Shown here: positions 5,994 to 11,023 of the stretch, piece after piece | How the letters are laid out: each line of letters opens with the position of its first letter | Numbering within the stretch: the first letter of the stretch is position 1 | Assembly (NCBI GenBank): GCA_046593135.1 | Contig: JBKJRK010000129.1 | Span: forward strand, 1 to 11,023 | DNA: 11,023 nucleotides | Reading direction: 5' to 3' | DNA from: Tepidisphaeraceae bacterium | GTDB lineage: Bacteria; Planctomycetota; Phycisphaerae; Tepidisphaerales; Tepidisphaeraceae | The notes under the pieces: generated by a model | Seen by the model: only the letters and a program-made list of their open reading frames with translations | The model's database searches: none | Told to the model about the DNA's origin: nothing | Position numbers and translations under genes: made by a program

Positions 5994-7649
5994 ATGGCGG
6001 GTTTCAACCTCAAAGAGTTCATGTATGAGATGCGCAACCGCTCGTCCGGCCCGCCGCGCGGGCCGGGGGGAGTTCAAATGACGGGTCCGGGTGGGTTCGG
6101 GTGGACGTGGCGAAACCTCGTGGCGGTTGTCATTGGGCTCGCGGTTATCTACGCAGGTTACTTCTGGTTCATCCGACGGTACGTTGTCGACGCCGACCAG
6201 GTGTTGGTCCTTTTGCGGAAGAATGGCGACCGGAGCCTGCCGGGCGACCAGATCGTCATTCCACGACCGACCGACTACCCCGGCGGCGCCGAGGCGTGGG
6301 ACAAAGAATTCGGGGACGCCAACGGGATCTTCGAGCAGATTTACCTGACGGGAACGTATTTCGGCTTCAGCCCGTTTGATTACGAGCGACAGACGTTTCC
6401 GATCGTGGAGGTGCCGCCGGGCAAGGTCGGCGTGGTCGTTCGCAAGTTCGGCGCGCCGCTGGCCCCGGGCCAAGTGCTCGCCACTGCCGGCCGGCGCGGG
6501 CCGCTGCCCGGTTTTCGGCAGCCGGGCAAGTATCCGGAGTTTTCCAACCCCTACGCCTATGAGATCAAACTTGTCGATCCGGTGAGCATCGACCCCGGCT
6601 ACCGCGGGGTCGTCACGCTGATGGCGGGAAAGACGCCGGCCAAGCCGAACGAATATATCGTTCAGGCGGGCGAGCGGGGCGTTCAGATGGACACCGAGCC
6701 CGAAGGCTTCCGCTTCGTCAACCCGTATGAACGGCGGATCACTCCCATCAGCATGAAGAGCCAGCGCTTCGAGATGGCCGGCGAAGACGCCATCAAGTTT
6801 CCGTCCTCCGACAGCTTCGACATCACGATGGAAGGCTTCGTCGAGTGGTCCATTATTTCTGACAAGCTGCCGCTCATCTACACCCAATACGCTGAGGGCG
6901 GGGAGCTCGTCGACTTCATGGAGGCCAAGGTCATCCTGCCGTACTCGCGCAGCTTCTCGCGCCTCGTCGGAAGCCGATTTTTGGCGCGGGAATTCATCAG
7001 CGGCGACACAAAATTACAGTTTCAGCGCGAGTTCGCGGAGAAGTTGACGCTGGCATGCCGCGATCAGGGAATTCGGATTCACCAGGCGCTGGTGCGCGAC
7101 ATCGTGCCGCCGGGCGAGATCAAGGACCCGATCAACGAGCGCGAGGTGGCGCGGCAGGAGATCAAGACGCTCGAAGAACGGATCAAGGTCGCCAGGAGCC
7201 AGGCCAATCTCGCCAAGCAGGTCGCGATGGCCAAGCAGAACCAGTCGATCGGGGAAGCCAACAAGGAAGTCGTCACGATCACGACCAAGGCGAACCAGGA
7301 AAGCGACGTTGCGGTCACCAAGGCAAATGAAGAACTCGCCGTTGCCAAGCTGCGGTTACAGGCGGCCAAACGGCAGGCGGAGGCGCAAATGGCCCGCGGG
7401 ACGGCGGAGGCGAACGTCATCCTGCTCCAGCGCCAAGCCGAGGCCGAGCCGCTCCGGCAGCAGGTGGCGGCCTTCGGCGGGGACGGCAACGCTTACGCCC
7501 GTTACTTCTTCTATCAGAAGGTCGCGCCGTCTATTAAATCGATTCTGACCGACACCGAGGGCCCGTTCGGCGAGATGTTCCGCCAGTTCACCGGCCCCGC
7601 GCCCGCCCGCGCGCCCGCCGCCGTCGCGACACAAGGGGACAAGCCATGA
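5994..7649 (+). CDS. hflK: HflK-like SPFH/band-7 membrane protein, 551 aa, with an expanded N-terminal region
   Basis: A Gly/Pro-rich cytoplasmic N-tail (SSGPPRGPGGVQMTGPGGFGW) then a single TM, as in HflK. The SPFH core has the typical start ERGVQ...PEGFRFVNPYERRITPISMKSQRFEMAGEDAIKFPSSDSFDITMEGFVEWSI. A long Ala/Gln/Glu/Lys-rich coiled coil (AKQVAMAKQNQ...RQAEAQMARGTAEANVILLQRQAEAEPLRQQVAAFGGDGNAYARYFFYQKV) resembles the HflK/HflC C-terminal region. The stop overlaps the next start as ATGA at 7646..7649. The symbol is family-level and tentative. Confidence 0.75.
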   Translation: MAGFNLKEFMYEMRNRSSGPPRGPGGVQMTGPGGFGWTWRNLVAVVIGLAVIYAGYFWFIRRYVVDADQVLVLLRKNGDRSLPGDQIVIPRPTDYPGGAEAWDKEFGDANGIFEQIYLTGTYFGFSPFDYERQTFPIVEVPPGKVGVVVRKFGAPLAPGQVLATAGRRGPLPGFRQPGKYPEFSNPYAYEIKLVDPVSIDPGYRGVVTLMAGKTPAKPNEYIVQAGERGVQMDTEPEGFRFVNPYERRITPISMKSQRFEMAGEDAIKFPSSDSFDITMEGFVEWSIISDKLPLIYTQYAEGGELVDFMEAKVILPYSRSFSRLVGSRFLAREFISGDTKLQFQREFAEKLTLACRDQGIRIHQALVRDIVPPGEIKDPINEREVARQEIKTLEERIKVARSQANLAKQVAMAKQNQSIGEANKEVVTITTKANQESDVAVTKANEELAVAKLRLQAAKRQAEAQMARGTAEANVILLQRQAEAEPLRQQVAAFGGDGNAYARYFFYQKVAPSIKSILTDTEGPFGEMFRQFTGPAPARAPAAVATQGDKP

Positions 7650-9328
7650 CGAACCAAGCTATCCAATTTCGTCGTACGCCGTTGTTGCTTAAGCTGGTCC
7701 TTTTGATCGTCGCGCTGTGGGCCCTGTGGGTCGCGATCAAGTGGACGACGATGCGCACGTATGTTCCGCACGGCCAGGCGCTGCTGGTCATCAACAAGTA
7801 CGGCTCCCCGCTGCCGCCGGACCGGATCGTTGCGCCGAAGGAAGAGCCCACGAAATATAAAGGCGTGCAGGAAGACGTGCGCGGCCCGGGGCGTTATTTC
7901 ATCAACCCGGTGTTCTACGAGACCCAACTCGTCGATCTCGTCGACATTCCCGCCGGCGACCCGAGCCGGTGGAAATGGGACGCCGACGGCCACCTGCTGG
8001 AGGCGGACCAGTTTGCGCCGAAGGTGGGGCTCGTGACGCTGCAGGAAGGCAAGACGCCCGACGACGGGCAGGAAGTGGTCGCAGGCGGGTTCAAGGGTTT
8101 GCAGCGCGAGGTGCTGACGCCCGGCACGTACAAGATCAACCCGCGGCAGAAGCGCGTCGTGCAGGTGCCGGCGGTGATCGTTCCGCCCGGATCGGTGGGG
8201 GTGGTCACACGCCTGATCGGCGACATAGGCCCTGTGCACAGCGCGCCGCTATCGGTCGAGATGCCGCCGACCACCGGCCCGGCGAGCCAGCCGGCGGGTC
8301 TGAACCGCGTCGTCGTCGGCCCGACGCAACGCGGCGTCCTCCACGACGTGCTCCAACCCGGCATCTATTACCTCAACCCACGCCTCGTGAACGTCAGCAT
8401 CATGCCCGTGGGCTATGACGAAATTACACTGGAAGCCTCGACGAGCAGCGCGATCCGCTTCCTGAGTTCAGACGGCTATCAGATTGAAGCCGACGTGACG
8501 GTCGTCTGGGGACGCACGCCGGACGACGCACCGTTCATCATCGCCAACATCGGCAACACGGACGACGTGCGAAAGAAAGTCGTCGAGCAGGCGATACGGG
8601 CGGTGTGCCAGAACGAAGGCGCCAACTTCAGCGCGCAGCAGCTCATCGAAGGAGAAACCCGCAGCAAGTTTCAGGACGCGATCGAGACCGCGCTGGAAAA
8701 GCAGGTGGCCTCGCGCAACATTCACATCCTGATCCCGCTGATCCGCAACATCAAGATCAAGGACGTCCGCGGGACGGACCAATCCGAAGGCCTGCTCGCC
8801 ACGATCCAGCGCGCCAACATCGAGATCGAGCGCGAGCTGACCAACAACCAGAAAACGCTCACCGCCACCAAGCAGGCCGAGTACGAAGAAGCGCTGAAGC
8901 TCGTTGACGTGGCGACCGAGCGGGTCGTGTCGGAAACCAAGCAAAAGGCCGCGAACCTGATTGCCTCGGGCAACAAGCAGGCCGCCGAAATCGGCGCGCA
9001 GCGGGAGGTAACCGTTGCCGACGTCGAGGCGCAGATCGCCGCCCTCGACGCCGAGCGCACTCAGATCCTCGGCAAAGCCGGTGCCGACGTCGAACGGCTT
9101 AAGAACGAGGCCGAAGCCAAAGGGGCAAAGCTCCTCGTCGACGCCTTCGGCTCCCCGCAAGCCTACAACCAGTACATTTTCGCCAAGGCATTTGAGCCCG
9201 AGGAACTCCGGCTGATCTTCGCCGGGCCGGGGACGTTTTGGACGGATCTGAAAACCTTCGAGCAGGTCGGCGCCAGTCAAATGATCAAGCAGCAGCAGAA
9301 ACCGCAGCCGAAACCGGCGAAGGATTGA
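7646..9328 (+). CDS. hflC: HflC-like SPFH/band-7 membrane protein, 560 aa, paralogue of the upstream gene, with an expanded N-terminal region
   Basis: A short N-tail then a TM (LLLKLVLLIVALWALWVAI), as in HflC. The SPFH core is RGVLHDVLQPGIYYLNPRLVNVSIMPVGYDEITLEASTSSAIRFLSSDGYQIEADVTVVWGR. The coiled-coil tail (QKTLTATKQAEYEEALKLV...NEAEAKGAKLLVDAFGSPQAYNQYIFAKAFEPEELRLIF) resembles the HflC C-terminal segment. It is translationally coupled to the upstream paralogue. The symbol is tentative. Confidence 0.75.
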   Translation: MTNQAIQFRRTPLLLKLVLLIVALWALWVAIKWTTMRTYVPHGQALLVINKYGSPLPPDRIVAPKEEPTKYKGVQEDVRGPGRYFINPVFYETQLVDLVDIPAGDPSRWKWDADGHLLEADQFAPKVGLVTLQEGKTPDDGQEVVAGGFKGLQREVLTPGTYKINPRQKRVVQVPAVIVPPGSVGVVTRLIGDIGPVHSAPLSVEMPPTTGPASQPAGLNRVVVGPTQRGVLHDVLQPGIYYLNPRLVNVSIMPVGYDEITLEASTSSAIRFLSSDGYQIEADVTVVWGRTPDDAPFIIANIGNTDDVRKKVVEQAIRAVCQNEGANFSAQQLIEGETRSKFQDAIETALEKQVASRNIHILIPLIRNIKIKDVRGTDQSEGLLATIQRANIEIERELTNNQKTLTATKQAEYEEALKLVDVATERVVSETKQKAANLIASGNKQAAEIGAQREVTVADVEAQIAALDAERTQILGKAGADVERLKNEAEAKGAKLLVDAFGSPQAYNQYIFAKAFEPEELRLIFAGPGTFWTDLKTFEQVGASQMIKQQQKPQPKPAKD

Positions 9329-9351
9329 TGCGGATTTCTATTGATTCGTAA

Positions 9352-11023
9352 TCAAACACCCGCGGCGACGGCGGGTGCGGAAGCGCCGGGAGACGTGCCA
9401 GTGTTCGCGGCCTTTGGGCCGGTGTTGTCTTTTTTCCCGTACGTCCTCGCGCGGGGCGGAACGAGCGACGTGTCGACGGGGCCGTAGGTGATCTGCGCCG
9501 AATCGGTCGCGGCGTCGTACGTCGCCAGAGTCGTCTTCAGGAAGTTGGCGTCGTCACGCTCGGGGAACGCGGGCTTGTAGTGGGCGCCACGCGACTCGTC
9601 GCGCTGCAGAGCGCCTTTCAGGATGGCCTCGGCGGCGAGAATCATGTCTTTCAGGGCGCGGGCGAACGAGAGATTCTGGTTGGTCCACATCCCCGTGTCG
9701 CTGAGCTTTACGTTCCTGTAGCGCTGCTTCCACGTTTGGCAGTCGGCGAGCGTTTTGGCGAGCCGGTCGTTGTGGCGGACGACGGTGCAGTTGTCGGTCA
9801 TCGCCTTGCCCATTTCCTGCCAAAGCAGGTAGGGGTTTTCGTCGCCGGAGTTGTTGACGAGCCAGTTTTGCTTGTCGGTTTCGAGTTTCACCACGGCGTC
9901 AAACACGCTTTGCGGGACGTCGGCCGAGGCGGTCGGGGCGACGTCGGTGGCGTAATTCTTGATGCAGGGGCCGCCGAACAGGCCGTCAAAAATGCAACTG
10001 AGCAGCGAGTTGGCGCCGAGGCGGTTGGCGCCGTGGTAAGCGAAGCTGCATTCGCCCATCGTGTAAAGCCCCGGGACGTTGGTGCTCATGTTGCTAGGGT
10101 CGCCGCGCCGCAGGCCGCCGGTCTTGCCGTCCTTGGCGAAGCTGGCCCACAGGCCGCCCATGGTGTAGTGAACCGCGGGGAAGATTTTCATCGGCTCGTC
10201 GAGCGGGTCGGTGCCGACGAATTTTTCGTAAATCTCGAGGATGCCTTCCAGCTTGTTGAGGACCTTCTCGCGGCCGATTTGCTTGGTGATGTCGCGCAGG
10301 TCGAGGTAGACCATGTTGCCGCCACCGACGCCCAGGCCCTGCTGGCAGACTTCGAAGATTTCGCGGGTGGCGATGTCGCGGGGGACAATATTCCCATACT
10401 TCGGATAGCGTTCTTCGAGGAAGTAGTACCGCTCGGCCTCGGGGATGCTGTTGGGGTGACGCGTGTCGTTGGCCTTGCGCGGGACCCACACCCTGCCGCC
10501 CTCGCCGCGGGCCGATTCGCTGATGAGCCGGCACTTGTCTTCGCCGGGGATGGCGGTGGGGTGGACCTGGATCATTTCCGGGTTGCCGAAGCGGGCGCCG
10601 GCCTGGTAGCAGCGCGACGTCGCACCGCCGGTGCAGATGACCGACATGGTCGACTTGCCGAAGATCAGTCCGTTGCCCCCGGTCGCCACGACGACGGCGT
10701 CGGCGCGGAAGGCGCGGATTTGCATCGTGCGCATGTCCTGCGCGACGATCCCGACGCAGTGGCCGTCGTGGATGACCGGCCAGAGGAATTCCCAGAACTC
10801 GTACTTGTTGACCTTCCCCTCGGCCTCCCAGCGGCGGGTCTGTTCGTCGAGCGCGTAGAGCAACTGCTGCCCCGTCGTCGCCCCGGCGAAGAACGTTCGT
10901 TTGAACAGCGACCCGCCGAACAGGCGCAGCGCCCGCTGGCCTTCCGGCGTGCGATTGAAGGGCACGCCCATGCGGTCAAGCAGGTCGATGATCCGCGGCG
11001 CCCAGTCGCACATTTCCTTCACC
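9352..11023 (-). CDS. sdhA: Succinate dehydrogenase / fumarate reductase flavoprotein subunit; partial, with its N-terminal roughly 100 aa beyond the window's right edge
   Basis: Family motifs are present: VHPTAIPGEDKCRLISESARGEGG (active-site His/Arg region), AVHYTMGGLW (the HYxMGG motif), the capping-domain insertion and the C-terminal RDD..NFLKTTL..PRARTY. The in-window part plus the missing N-terminus is longer than expected for L-aspartate oxidase, which favours SdhA/FrdA. A roughly 30-aa low-complexity tail follows the usual RTY end. The gene is convergent with the hflC-like gene across a 23-bp gap. Confidence 0.8.
   Translation of the reverse strand, partial: VKEMCDWAPRIIDLLDRMGVPFNRTPEGQRALRLFGGSLFKRTFFAGATTGQQLLYALDEQTRRWEAEGKVNKYEFWEFLWPVIHDGHCVGIVAQDMRTMQIRAFRADAVVVATGGNGLIFGKSTMSVICTGGATSRCYQAGARFGNPEMIQVHPTAIPGEDKCRLISESARGEGGRVWVPRKANDTRHPNSIPEAERYYFLEERYPKYGNIVPRDIATREIFEVCQQGLGVGGGNMVYLDLRDITKQIGREKVLNKLEGILEIYEKFVGTDPLDEPMKIFPAVHYTMGGLWASFAKDGKTGGLRRGDPSNMSTNVPGLYTMGECSFAYHGANRLGANSLLSCIFDGLFGGPCIKNYATDVAPTASADVPQSVFDAVVKLETDKQNWLVNNSGDENPYLLWQEMGKAMTDNCTVVRHNDRLAKTLADCQTWKQRYRNVKLSDTGMWTNQNLSFARALKDMILAAEAILKGALQRDESRGAHYKPAFPERDDANFLKTTLATYDAATDSAQITYGPVDTSLVPPRARTYGKKDNTGPKAANTGTSPGASAPAVAAGV

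Noticed and set aside
5859-6887. 342-aa minus-strand ORF antisense to the hflK-like gene. The same applies to 7514..8239 minus, 7915..8364 minus and 8468..9280 minus, antisense to the hflC-like gene.
   Set aside because: They are shadow ORFs opposite well-supported SPFH genes, with low-complexity R/G/D-rich translations and no domain signatures.
9352-11023. L-aspartate oxidase (NadB) as an alternative identity for the flavoprotein
   Set aside because: The in-window portion alone is 556 aa, and the missing N-terminal FAD-binding segment adds more. That is longer than NadB, and it has the SdhA-type capping insertion and the C-terminal RTY end. SdhA/FrdA is favoured, although sdhA versus frdA cannot be resolved from sequence.

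Overview
High-GC bacterial chromosomal segment. The gene style (few Shine-Dalgarno sites, large multi-domain membrane proteins, stop/start-overlapped genes) looks Planctomycetota-like, but that is an inference from sequence style only. Features are listed in window order and I do not repeat their details here. Several long Arg/Pro/Gly-rich ORFs antisense to the real genes are GC-driven shadow ORFs. Three things deserve most attention. (a) The hflKC-like pair is unusually large, and each protein carries about three tandem copies of the SPFH N-terminal beta-hairpin module. (b) The operator-like element upstream of that pair consists of 4+4 phased decamer repeats arranged as a roughly 40-bp-arm inverted repeat. 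(c) The ccs operon encodes a system II synthase with an extra soluble domain of about 230 aa, plus a co-transcribed internally duplicated lipoprotein that has no CxxC motif. I see no tRNA, rRNA, CRISPR array or intact mobile element.
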